Below, in pieces: positions 21,283-32,700 of a stretch of 64,000 nucleotides of DNA; position 1 is the first letter of the stretch, and each line of letters begins with the position of its first letter. The stretch lies in contig NW_026515670.1 in NCBI RefSeq assembly GCF_025526975.1, positions 1,488,001 through 1,552,000 of the forward strand, given 5' to 3'. A program made the position numbers and the translations under genes. The notes beneath the pieces are model-generated. The model was given only the letters and a program-made list of their open reading frames with translations, ran no database searches and was not told the DNA's origin. Source of the DNA: Fimicolochytrium jonesii. Lineage: Eukaryota.

Positions 21283-21668
21283 CGTCAGAGGAAACGTAGA
21301 CAATATTGGGCCCTTCTGAGAGGGCTGAGAGCAGTGTATTGTAGTGAAGAAAAAAGTAAGAAGCTCTTCGCAGCAGCCGCTCGACTGACAGTTTTATATA
21401 TGGGCTGCCAGCGGGGCTTGCGTGGCTTTAGTGAGGCTTGGCGCCTTATGTAATGTATCACCGAGAGCTCGGGTGGCCAGCCCGGGTCTCGGATCAAGTA
21501 GAAGTAAAGAGATATAATATGAAATACAAGTGAAGATGAGATATCCCCAACACCTCCCTCAGATCCTGAGGAGGGCGCTGAATAAATAAGAGGTGAACTA
21601 CGAGGGATATGTGAAGAAAGGGAGAGCTCATGTTCATTTTAAAGTGTTGACGCACTTGTTCATTTTAT
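21278..21668 (-). mobile_element. Copia-like 3' LTR (21278-21552) with PPT and a short internal remnant
   Basis: On the minus strand TGAGGGAGG is followed by TGTTG...TTACA (275 bp) with an internal TATATAAAA. The superfamily is inferred from the termini and PPT only. Confidence 0.6.
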
Positions 21669-22193
21669 TGTTATGATCTCGACGACGGGGCGGAAGCAAA
21701 GTAGAGAAGACAGGGCAAGTGTGATAGGCGACAAGAGATTGTATTGGCGAAACAAGAAACAAGGACTAGAACAGGAGATGAGAAGAACTGGTGTTGATCT
21801 GCTGAGGAGGAAGGGAATGGACGAAGAGAGGCCGGCTATTCATAGATAGGCAACCCAGCAGATCAGAGAACAACAACAACAAGAGGGGACTGGGGGGCGC
21901 CAGCTATGCTCCTAGAGCATGCGTGGCGAGCGTAGAGAGCATTGCTACAGCTGCTGGCTATGGGGAAGCAGTGGGGGGTGTGGAGAAGCCAAGGGGGGAT
22001 TGGCGAACTGAGAGGAGAGAGGAGGAGTGGCGATATTGCAAGAGGATTGGCAAAATGAGAGGAGAGAGGGGGAGTGGCATTGACACTGACATTGACACTG
22101 ACATTGACATTGACATTGGCGTTTGACATTTGGCGGTTGACATTGGCGGCTGTCAGTAGGTAAGCTTATGGTATGGGCGCATCGTCCATAACA
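21669..22193 (-). mobile_element. Solo LTR related to the chromovirus at 1-5603
   Basis: TGTTA...TAACA termini, 525 bp. Shares GAAGAACTGGTGTTGATCTGCTG and GGTAAGC..ATGGTATGG.CGC.TCGTCCATAACA blocks with 5073-5603. Flanks TTTAT and CGAAC do not form a TSD. Confidence 0.88.
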
Positions 22194-23239
22194 CGAACCA
22201 CAAGTACCAGTCGTCCTGGAAGTACTTCAGTATGTGGTGTACTGAACAGCGTCTCGATCCCATTTGCGCCACCGATTTGGACGTGGTGAATCACCTTGCC
22301 TTCCTCCATCATAACGGGAAAAGCGTCAAAGTCATTGAAAGCGCGCGGTCCACAATCACCAGCACCCTCACGCTCCTTTCACCGCCCCGCCCCTTCCACC
22401 GCTCGTACCTCGCCCAGTCGATTGTAAAGGCAATGCATCTGAGAACTGGCCCCCAAAAGAAGGCCTACACAAAGATATGGAATCCGGCGACGCTGGGGAA
22501 TTATGTCGCCTCGTCAGAGGTGGACTGGAATGAGCTGCGTGCAGTGAGTCGTCGATTAGCCGTCATCATCATGCTGACTAACAAATGCCGGCCGAGCCAC
22601 TTGGCAAACCTCCATCACAACCGGTGCAAGGTGCGCCCATCTCACCTAGAACTACGATCGTGGCGACCTAAGGAATGGCGATATCAACATCAACATGGGG
22701 AAGAGGTCTTTGAAGGCCACGACTACCGCGTTATCACCGTCGCTCGCATTCCCACTCGCAACCTCGACGTCGGCGCGCTCTACCCTCGAATGATTGAGCT
22801 GCAAGGTACTCGCCGAGCGGGAATCAAGGCAGTCTTCATCAACATGCTGAAGAATTCCCCCATGGCGCCGAATACCATATCCAAACTTGTCGCCACCGCC
22901 ATGCGCGATGCGGGAATTGGTCCCGAATACACGCCGAAATTGATCTCTCACGCCGTCACTACCGCTCAATGCAACGGCGGCGTAGCCACCGAGGCCATCC
23001 GTGCCGGACGCTGGCTCCCCGGCTCCACGGTCTTCGAAACGCATTACACCATCCGCAACGACAACGGAAAGGTGCCCTCCGATGACGACGACAGCAGCGA
23101 CGTCAGCCCACGAGACTGCAGTCGCCACCTACTTCAACACGGCAGCCGCGGCGCTCACTACATTGACGAATTAGCACAACCTCGAACGGAATCCATTATG
23201 CTCTGGACGAGGAACGTAGTGCATGAGTTCAATGGATGA
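22194..23239 (+). pseudogene. DIRS tyrosine recombinase, 5'-truncated
   Basis: Frame is open from the LTR edge (NHKYQSSWKYFSMWC). Contains CRPSHL (Arg), RPKE (Lys), AGRW and FETHY (Tyr). The H-x-x-R position reads KLIS. Confidence 0.85.
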
Positions 23240-23941
23240 GGTGAGGTTGTGCTTACTATCCCACCCACCACCCGTAAGCACACCTTCTCCATACTCGCCA
23301 CCGCGCTGCCATTCCGAAACGATGATCACCGGCAATCCCCGACGATGATCACTATTTATCACTATTTATAGGGTTTTTTGGGTTCCCCTGGTGGTACCCC
23401 CACCGAATATGGCGCCCAGTAGAGAAAGGGCGCTCCCATCAACTCCATTCACACCATCCCTTACCCCCTCGGCATTAGCCATTAGCCATTAGCAGTCATT
23501 AGCTCTCGCTCCAAAGAGATAGACGAGAAGGGGGGGGGGGGGGGGATGGGGAGCTGTATGTATTTATATCTTCGCTCGAGTGAAAGAAAAGAAGCTTTAG
23601 TAAGCACAACCTCTCCTCATCCATTGAACTCATGAACTACGTTCCTTGTCCAGAGCATAATCCTCCTCTAGCTGCTATGACTGCCGCTATACGCCGGGGC
23701 ATGCTCGACACAAGGTTTTCCAGCACATCTGGCTCAATATCCTGAAATGTCTGCTGTGCAATGGCTTCTAGCTGCTCTAAAGTTGTCCGGGTTGTCCGGA
23801 GCGTCCGGCCGACGCGGTCGAGCACTTCTCTGACGCCACTGTCAAATGCGGTCTTGCTTTATGAACGGCACTGTAGTATCGCTCGGCGCAAGCCAGGACC
23901 GGATGGGTCTGAACGCTGCATGCGCTCTTTGTTCATGAAAG

Positions 23942-25060
23942 TTACAATTCACTATCAACGGTGGTGATCACCCTTTTCTCCTTTTCGTCCCACCCTCGCA
24001 CGTTGACATCATGTACCACACGAAAGTTGTTGTTACAACAACCAGGATCCTTCTTCCTTGAGGCTTTATCCGCATCACCTACTTTATACCCCATCGTGCG
24101 AAGCAATGCGACGGCCGACGGCTGATGTGTTCCGGCTGCGAAGCTTCTTTCGAAACGGTGAACATGTACGCGTGCGCCAGTAGTCCGCACTGCATTATCT
24201 TCAAGCCACATTGGGAAGGGACTGTTTTCATCTTTTTGCTCCTGGACATTCAGTTCTACTGACCGCGGGACGTGGATATGGCACCCTCCGTGAACATACG
24301 TCGCATAAATCTCCATGAGCATGAGCATAAACTCTGGGCCCCAGGACTCTGCCCGTTCTCCGAGAGTGGCGTCTGCAAGTTTCTCATGGGGTCTGTCGGG
24401 TGATGGATTCTCTGTGAAGATCGTACCGAAATGGATGATCTTGAGACGCCGCCAGATACCACGGATGTCATCATCTCCGCCTTCCATCTTGGGGATGGCA
24501 TTGCATAGGAGTGTGACAAGGAACCGCGGGACATACTCGATGTATGTGGAGCTATGCAGAGTGCGTATACGAACCGGATCTCTGCCGGTTAGAAACTTGA
24601 CGAACCCTGTATTGATTTTCTTTCCTGCTTGGGGTTCACTTGTGAACAAACTGCGTACCGACCGCACATCCATCAGATCCGGATTTGGTCTATCCGCTGA
24701 TGGTCTTTCAGCGGTTAAGAATGTCGCCAAGGGCTCGCGATGAAGCTTTTCTCCGAAGGCTTTGCCCATGAGGTTCTTAAGGAATGACTTGCCATTCATT
24801 TCCTCCAACCCCGGTCCAGATCATAGCAATGGCGTGGCGATTGACTCCCTCCAAACTCAGAGAGAGCATCGTAAGAAGGAAAGTACGGACACATTCGTCT
24901 GGCTGGATATCCGCAAGTACCGAGTTGATTTCTTGTCGCACACTGCCGTCCGAAACGGCCGGAAGTTCGTACGGTATCAATGAGGTAAGGTAATCGGTAT
25001 GTTTGTGCTCTCGCATGGTACAGTTTCTAGCATCAAAGACACCGTTCTCAACCATACGGG
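23942..25060 (-). pseudogene. D5-like SF3 helicase (NCLDV/poxvirus primase-helicase C-terminal part), frameshifted, primase domain absent
   Basis: ENGVFD..R....DYLT, Walker A WTGVGGN/GKS, SEPQAGKKINTGFVKFLTGRD, LLCNAIP, GIWRRLKIIHF. A 4-nt duplication (CATTCATT, 24793-24800) shifts the frame inside Walker A. Confidence 0.92.
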
Positions 25061-26488
25061 AGGTGGCACGTGCCTGAGTGTTTATGTGGGCAGGGTCTCT
25101 ATGGAAGTTGGCTGATGACATTGTCTGGACGAGGTTGAGTGAGAAACAGGCCAAAAAGCTTGGTGGGGCTGCTGGCTGTCAGTCGTGTCTTTTTCGCGGG
25201 GAGGGAACAGAAAGAAGGAATTGGAAAAGCGTTTGCCAATAAGAAGGGACAGCCTCCTGCTGCATGAATCTCCAAGCACGGGAAAAGGAAGGCGAACCCA
25301 ACAAACTCTGATACCACCGACCTGAAGCTTCTCCCTAGCAAACCCACGGTGGGGATTGATCAGGAGGACATTTCTCTCTACATGTACCTTCCTGGCGTCG
25401 CTGGGCCCAAATGGTAGGGGGACGTGGTGGACGCCGCCATGCAGGGCAAGAGGAGGGAGCAAAGTGGGAGGGAGGATGTTCGACATCGGCAGACACCGTG
25501 CCAAAATGTGGAGGGCACGAAAGGCCTCATGCAACATGGGAGTGTGGGGACATCATGGTGCCTGTCTCCTACATCCAAGCCTGACCTTCATCATCAGTCA
25601 GGCTCCCGGCTCAACCGGGAGTCAACCCACATGCCAGCCAACCATAAGATATCCACAATCTTGAATCGATAGACTGGGCACCCAACCGTGGTTCTTTCCC
25701 TGACCTTCCAGCCACGCCCACAATAGGCAGCCCAGGCTTCAACATATTTTGTTCAACGTCGAATTGACCTAACGATAAAATTGTATGTCAAATTTGTAGA
25801 AGGGCACGAGTCGTACGGCGTACCGTAATGGCACTGTACTAGTAACTGTACATCGGACAACGCTCGGCGGACGTCCGTTGCGGCTTTCGAACGTAAAAAG
25901 AAAGTTGACGAAACTTGGAAGCCGACTCGGAGGTACTGTACATATCTACTACTGTAGCTACTATGTACATACTACTAGTAGTAAGTAGTTCCACGGAGGA
26001 GCGGAGCCTCCCTGTCCTTGAAGGCAGGCTTTTACTTGAGTCCTTCATGATGGATTGACTGATTCGACTTCTTTTCGGTAATCACGTTCCCATCTGATCA
26101 ACCCGTTCAAAGGGACGCCTGGACATCGCAGAACTCACTGCCAGGCAGTGCCAGGCTGCCAGCTATAGCAGCGAGACTCTCGGACTGTCAAATCCACATA
26201 CATACGTTACCGAAAGATCCGTGCATCACTGGCAAAATTTGACTTTCAAAGTTCTTGTGGACTGTGGCTTTGGACTTGGATGATGGATCGCAGTGTCGTA
26301 GCACAACGGATCCAAACGTTAATTTCTAGACTTTTACTGTTAGACAGTGATCGAAAGAGAAGGTCCATGTCTCCCAGTCGGGACATTCGGAAGCCTGAGG
26401 ATATATGTAGACCACATTGCGTCGCTGCTCGCCCCTGGAAAGTTGCCCACGCCGCGGGAGAGCAGGTCAGTCACATACACTCCCGGCC

Positions 26489-28732
26489 ATGTTGTACGTC
26501 CAAGGCTTCCTCCTGCAGCCTATCGTCAGAGAAAATGTGGGGACCTTCCGCCAAGTCTCGACCACCATCATGGTCGCTTCTCTCGCCGCTATCATTCCGC
26601 CTTTCGCCTTATGGCTGCATTCGTGCGTGCTTTGGGCTCGCTTCAACTCTGCTCAACAACAGCAACAGAATTTGGCCACTCTTCCACCGGCACCCATTGC
26701 TCCGACCTCTGCCAAGGTTGACCCTGCCGGAGTACAAGTGCGTCATGTTGCCGAGAAAGAGGACAAGCTGGTGGACAGCCAGTCGGAGTCATCCGGTGCG
26801 TCTCTCAAAAGACCGGAGGTGGTCCATGGTCACGTAGCATCAGCGCCTGCCCAAATTTATCGAAGCAGTCATGGTCTTTTCCTCGAAACCTCCAACTCAC
26901 CGGGCGTCCTGTTGGGCCTCATTCGCGATCTGTGCAAACTTCGACTTCTCAGCTGCCGGTCCGACGGTACATGGGGTCCACGAACGCAGTTCGCCGTGCT
27001 GGCGCTTTTCGGCACCATCGTCGCCACGCTCTCGCAAGTCGTGCTACCGAAGATGTTTGAGATCAGCTACTCGTTGTGCAGCCTCAACGTCCCGCTGGAT
27101 GAGCTGTATCAAACGGTCGAGAGGGAAACGCTCGCCGGGCTCGCCACGGATGCTATGCGCGTCGGATCTAACAACACTCGCAGCACGCCGCTCTCCCTCC
27201 TATTGAGCCTCCGGGGCATCTCAACCCGCGTCACCCCGCGCGTCATGCACGAATCCGTTCAAGTCGATTTCGGCGAACCCTATTATGACTGCTCACAGCT
27301 AGCCACCGTGACTCCCGTCAACCGAAGCCTTACTTCCTGCCGCCTACTCTCGGACGCTATTATCAAGAACGAGGTCTCGGATTGGGCTGTGGACTCGTTG
27401 TCTGGTTTCTGGTTGCGGCCCAACGCGACTCCCGACGCTAGAATTTCAGGCAGACTCCCACTCGCGACCATCGCTAACCTCACTCAACGCGGGCAAGACA
27501 CACCAGTTGGCGGACACTTTCAACTCGTGCAAGGAGCCTGTCGGCGGAGAAGTTGGGCCCTCAGGCAGTCAGAAATCATCCAAGCAAGCGGGAGTGACCT
27601 CCAGCTGATGCGCTATTGCGGAGGGGTGCATCATTCAAACGCGTTGTACGCCTTCCCTTTCAATGTCTCTACGGCCGTCGGGAGCTTGTTTGTCGCTAAC
27701 CCTCGCCATGACGATTTCTGGTACGTCCAGCGGGACGTGAACGCGACGGTGGAAATGCAGGATGTTTACGAGGACGTCGTTACACGTTTCGGCGGGACGA
27801 TGCAGGATTGGACGTTCGACCTCCTGCAGGCCAACATGACCCACATTGCGAAGAACATGCCACCCGTCGGCAAGGACGCGTTGGTGCCACCGCAGTTCTT
27901 CTCGGTGTTTGCGCGCGCCAAGGTCGGGAACGAGACGTTAGTGGGCATCATCTACTCGTATGATTGGTCGTTTGAGAAAGATTATAAAGTTGCCGTCGTG
28001 GCGAACTTGGTTGCTGTCAGAGGGTTCAAGTTACAAAGCGGCGAACACTGGGACGCGCCGTTCAAGGATGGGCTCATAGTGGAGAAGAAAGACGCGTTGT
28101 TTACTCAGATCCAGTACGAACAGGACTGGTCCGCCGTCGAAGATCTGGCCAACAACCCCGGAGCCTCGTCCTCGCTGGCGCTACAAGACTCGGAAGACAC
28201 ATGGAGAACGAAACTGCGCAAACGCGCCGAAGGCATTCGGCAGCTTCTCGACCGCGCGGGCGATTTCACCCCGTTCATTCTGTACCGCACCGCCCTGCGG
28301 CAGGCCGCCCAGAACTCCGGCAGCAGCACCGCCGCGCATGATCTCGCCACCATCAGCTGCCGGGACTTCTCGGCTACAGATGAAGTCGGCGCCGTGCGCG
28401 TGTGGCACGTCGCTCTCGCTGCGATCCTCTTCCTCGCCGCGCAACTCCTTCGCAAGCTTGCGTTGAGTGGGAACGCGGGGTCTCATACCTTGGCGTGTTT
28501 GTCGGAAGCCCTCAACGCGACGACATCCGATTCTCATCCCACGCCCGGAAACGGAGAAGTCCATGAGAAACCCAAAGCGGGGGCCACAGGATTCGACGAC
28601 CCGGGGGACGCGGCTAGGTACCAGTTTGGTTTCGGGTGGAGGGACGGGCACAGGCATTTCGGTTTGGTAGAGACGAAGGATAGGGCGATTGAGAGGAAGA
28701 CCAGTGTGAACGAAGGCGAGGATGCCGCATAG
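26489..28732 (+). CDS. Intronless membrane glycoprotein of unknown function
   Basis: Long ORF with hydrophobic segments near both ends flanking a Cys-containing domain with several N-x-S/T sequons. Confidence 0.7.
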   Translation: MLYVQGFLLQPIVRENVGTFRQVSTTIMVASLAAIIPPFALWLHSCVLWARFNSAQQQQQNLATLPPAPIAPTSAKVDPAGVQVRHVAEKEDKLVDSQSESSGASLKRPEVVHGHVASAPAQIYRSSHGLFLETSNSPGVLLGLIRDLCKLRLLSCRSDGTWGPRTQFAVLALFGTIVATLSQVVLPKMFEISYSLCSLNVPLDELYQTVERETLAGLATDAMRVGSNNTRSTPLSLLLSLRGISTRVTPRVMHESVQVDFGEPYYDCSQLATVTPVNRSLTSCRLLSDAIIKNEVSDWAVDSLSGFWLRPNATPDARISGRLPLATIANLTQRGQDTPVGGHFQLVQGACRRRSWALRQSEIIQASGSDLQLMRYCGGVHHSNALYAFPFNVSTAVGSLFVANPRHDDFWYVQRDVNATVEMQDVYEDVVTRFGGTMQDWTFDLLQANMTHIAKNMPPVGKDALVPPQFFSVFARAKVGNETLVGIIYSYDWSFEKDYKVAVVANLVAVRGFKLQSGEHWDAPFKDGLIVEKKDALFTQIQYEQDWSAVEDLANNPGASSSLALQDSEDTWRTKLRKRAEGIRQLLDRAGDFTPFILYRTALRQAAQNSGSSTAAHDLATISCRDFSATDEVGAVRVWHVALAAILFLAAQLLRKLALSGNAGSHTLACLSEALNATTSDSHPTPGNGEVHEKPKAGATGFDDPGDAARYQFGFGWRDGHRHFGLVETKDRAIERKTSVNEGEDAA

Positions 28733-29704
28733 ACGAGAAACATCAGGATCGTTCGTTCTGGCGTAGATGTTCCATATACCGTGATAGACACCCACATCCT
28801 TTAAATAGTTGCTCCATATATATCCCCCCTCGGTACGATGTAGGCTGGCCCGAAAGTGCCGAGTGGTTCATTTGTATACCCCATGATCTGGGACATCATT
28901 AATGCGTGAACCCTACTAACTCGTCAGACCTCCATGTTCCCCCATATACAACGGTTTATCAAGAAGAGACTCGTATTATCTTTGAAAACCGTGGCATATT
29001 AAACGTTTTCTCTATTATCTATTACTGAAAGCCAACCGCTGCTGCTGCTGCTGCGCATTCTCCAAAGAGTCCGCTTGCCCTATCAAGCTCCGTCTGCCGC
29101 TCCTTGATCAGCATCTGCTTTCTGTTTCCGTTTGCGGTTCTCAAGCTCATTCTGGGCGGTGCGGAGTCCAATGGCTTTTCAGAGGACAACAGGCACACAC
29201 ACACACCCGCCACTCGTTTCACGGACACAGCCAATTCCTCAATTCCCTTCCTCCTATCCCACCCATCCCCGATGAGCTTCACCACTCAACCCGTCAGGCT
29301 TCCGAAGTGCAAGTGAATTTAAAGCAGAATTGACAGGCGCCCAAGCGTCGGATGATTACGTGATAGCGGAGTTAGTCTTTTGACAGTGCTAACAGCAGAA
29401 AGTGGACACCCGAACCTTGCGCAAAACTGACGATCTAAACACGAGGCATCTCAGAATGAATATCTGAAAACATACCTCTCTTCCTTTGCCATTTGTAAGT
29501 CCGACATCGTACGAGCTACGCCACTTTGGGCCAAAACGCGTCGATTTGTTCTCCTTCTGCATGGGAGGCCTAAAATCCAAAGGAGACTCGAATATTGATA
29601 GCACTCTCTTTCCCTGAATCCAGCGGAGACTACGAAGTCATAAACGTATCAACGACGCAGGCCCTGCAAAGTCTGCGGTCCGCCGCCTTATACAAGAAGA
29701 CCCT

Positions 29705-32700
29705 ATGGAGGCGCCACAACTCCGCGGTGGAGGCCTCGTGGCCGGGGCGCCGACCACCCAGTCCTCGTCGGCACCAGAAGACGATCCCTCAATCCCGCGA
29801 AATGCAAAGGACGATGCGATGGATATTGTCGAGGCGGCAACCAATAGCGGGAGTGGCGCTGCGAAGGAAGCAGGTGCTGGACCCAAGGTTGAATCATTCG
29901 GCCCCTTCCTTATCTCCTTATTCATTGGGACTAACCGACAGATTCCACCATATGCAGGAAATGAAACTGAATTTTGCACAGCTCATCGGCGTGCTTGTGG
30001 AAGCGCGGAAGCCACCGACTGCAAAGGGAAAACTACTTGGCCGTGATGACTCCCTCCTGCAGGACTCTTACATAGATCCCGCACCACAGGTGGGTATGCG
30101 TGCGGTACATCCTTCAACCACCGTGCCTCTGCCGACCAAAGTTCATGCTAATCTGGCCCGTTTCGCATAGAAAGCCGAACCATCCATCGATATCGACACA
30201 GCCAACCTTCCCCCACTTCTGAAATACTATTCTTGGACCCGCGCGGCGCCTTTCAAAGAAGAGAAATTCGCCCGGTGCGTGTCGGATTCCATCGGGAACA
30301 ACTACAGCCCGGGAGCTATGAATCTGAGCATAAAACAGATGCCTTCTATACCGCCATTGCCTGTGAAGAGAGCTGGGGATCGAGGTGAGCTGCGGGTGTG
30401 GTGTGATTTCGAAAAGTGTTTACGCGGAGGGTGTCTGATGAGTTGCTGGCTGATGCAGCGGGTGATAGCGGATCGGTTAAGCGACCAAAGTCTAGTAGGA
30501 GGTATGTGTGTATTTCTCGGCTCCGAGGAGGGAACGTGGATAACTGACAATGGCTAGCAAACTAGGACCGTCAGCTGCGAGTGGAACACGGGCATAACAG
30601 AAATACATAGCCGTCCATTATCACCGAAATCGCGGATCTCTGCGGAATACCCACCCATCGAGGACAGCGGGATCCCGCTTCAGCTTCCACCGCCCTCCTT
30701 GGACCCATACGACCGTGACTCAGAAAACTTGTCGAAACAACTGACCGGCGAGCACCGCTATTGGTACTATGTGACGAAAGGCATCCCAGCGACAGCAACG
30801 GCGCCGATGGAGAAATCTGTGCTGGAAGCGGTGCAGCGGGTGGTACCGCCACAGCTCCTCCAAGCCGACTCGTTGTCGAAAACCAAAGCCGGCGTGCTTA
30901 AAGAGATCAATGACGACTACACCCTAGCGCTGAAGCGCAGCATCATTGATTATATCTTGCTCGACCCCACTGAACAGGATCGACTATGCATCCCTCCGTT
31001 CTTGACTCGATATACCCCGCGGGTCGCTAGGGCGCCCGTTCCGTGGCATGAGGAATATATTGCTGCCAAGGGTTCGCTCAGCGACAACCTTTTCATCACC
31101 AACCCGGTTATGCTGAGCGTTCTGGAGGTGTTTGACCAATTCAAGCACAGCAGATTGGTCGACATGAGCGTCTTCTCGCCGTCGATGCTGCCGATATCCA
31201 TGGAAGATTTCCAGTCCATATTGAAAGCGCAATGTCAAGCCTTCCGCACCAAAATGCTGAACGAATGGATCCCCACCGTCGCCAACGCCTTCTTCACCAC
31301 CAAAGAACAATGGTACACCATCGCGACGGCCTGCACGGACTCGGACGTCGGGTTTCGCCGCTTGGACAATTTCTTCAAATCCGTCTGCGCGCTCATGTCG
31401 AACCAGCTGTGGTCGCTGCTATACGCCTCCCTGGACGATTTTGAAAACTTCTTCACACAGTTCGCGACGGCGTCCTCCGAGGTCTCGGTGTTCAACGTCA
31501 GGCTGGTCATCGCCGGCGCGCAGATCCGGTTCGACCCTCCGCTGGCGGAGCTGGAAACTTTGATCGTCTCGATATTGGAAGACATGGTCGCGGCGGCGCG
31601 GGACCTCCCGCGCGTGGAGACGAAGCTGTTTACGAGTCTGACGGGCGAGTCGCTGTACCTACCCGCAATGAGTTTGGAAGACGATCGCATTGCCGAAGGA
31701 AGATATGTGAGAAGCATCGTAGCAAAGAACACGATAGCGTCGCAGAAGCACTTGCTGAGTTACGACAAGTATAAGACCTTGTTGACCACGAAAGCGGAGA
31801 AACGAATTGAGGATTTCTTGAGAGAGAAACACGATTTGGACGAGTACGAAGTGGTGGGTTTGCCTGATCCTGCGTTTGTAACCACAGTCACCGAATGTCT
31901 TATGAGTTCTGGCGATCATAGGAAATCAAGAAGCTCAATAAGCTCATTGAAGAGATATCGGCGTCCCCATCCATCGTTCGCTTCAGCATGATCTATCTGG
32001 AGTGTGACGTCCTAAAAACGGAGCTCACGGCAAAAGCTCAGCTGCTCGTCCAAAAGCTCGTAGACCAAGTGGCTGACATGAACAGAAAGCTAAATCTTGG
32101 GTATGCTGTTCGAGACTGCCATCGTTCATTCACAATTCACAAATAGGCCAAAACAACTGTCCGCTAACGTCACCTTCGCTTCCCCAACAGCATATGCGAA
32201 TCGTACGAGAAGATATCGGCAAAGGCCATGAAAGCTCCCGCCGATACAGAAGAGCTGGTGGAGCTCATGAAATATGTCGACAATGCGCGCACAAAAGACG
32301 TAGTAGCGCTGCGAGACGAGATCACGCGGGGCAAGAAGCGGTTAGACTTCCTCCTCACCTACGCATTGATGAGCGAGGAGGACATCAAGCTGAACGGGGT
32401 GACGTTCACGTGGCCGGGCCGGATCATCCCGATATTTGAGCTGAGCAAGAAGCGCATGCTGCAGAAGAAGGGAAAAGCGCAGGAAGACCTTAAGACTAAG
32501 ATTGGGTCGACGAACGATGAGTTGGAGGAATGCTTTGAGGCCGTAACGAAGTTCCAAGATTACGGCATCATGGCAGAGTTGCCAGAGTACCTAAAGCGTA
32601 TCAAAACTCTGGAAGCGAAGCTGAAGGACTTGGATGATACGGCGCGGCGGATTAACGTGGAAGAAGAGCTGCTCGAGTGGGATAAGACCGCGTTTGGGAA

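Larger units (their letters stand above)
20441..23661 (+). mobile_element. DIRS-1-like tyrosine-recombinase retrotransposon with RT/RNase H region lost
   Basis: Inverted terminal repeats at about 20455-20547 and 23513-23613. Internal complementary region at 23173-23258 matches both ends. AAT trinucleotide at both termini. Gag-like ORF and YR ORF present. Confidence 0.92.
20351..23873 (-). mobile_element. Internally deleted Tc1-family DNA transposon carrying the DIRS insertion
   Basis: 24-bp TIRs C(A/G)GTGCCGTTCATAAAGCAAG(A/G)CC with TA duplication (20349-50 and 23874-75). Transposase C-terminus LENLVSSMPRRIAAVIAARGG continues as FTRY* on the far side of the DIRS element. Confidence 0.9.
19580..23938 (+). 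pseudogene. Ankyrin-repeat protein split by a nested transposon insertion (coding 19580-20350 plus 23876-23938)
   Basis: Repeats PLAHASRLGNLETIKFLVSIGAD, ACSSGHLHVVEFFV, ACFEGHLDVIQYLV. Removing 20351-23875 restores EIIKYL-VSLGASQD...CS*. Confidence 0.85.

Noticed and set aside
22194..23239. Starship captain or island integrase
   Set aside because: The recombinase lies inside a DIRS element defined by ITRs and an ICR that inserted later into a Tc1 derivative, so it is not the island's own integrase.
17796..25060. Bacterial or phage contamination
   Set aside because: The genes are interleaved with eukaryotic transposons, one related to the element at 1-5603, and sit next to a spliced gene.
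25820..25990. Tc1 end or excision footprints (ACTGTA/TACTGTA cluster)
   Set aside because: No partner TIR was found, and similar TACTGTA/TACAGTA words occur in other intergenic regions of the window.
15125..26400. Terminal inverted or direct repeats bounding the virus-like island
   Set aside because: By eye I found no match to the left-border sequence near 25-29 kb. The boundaries remain approximate.
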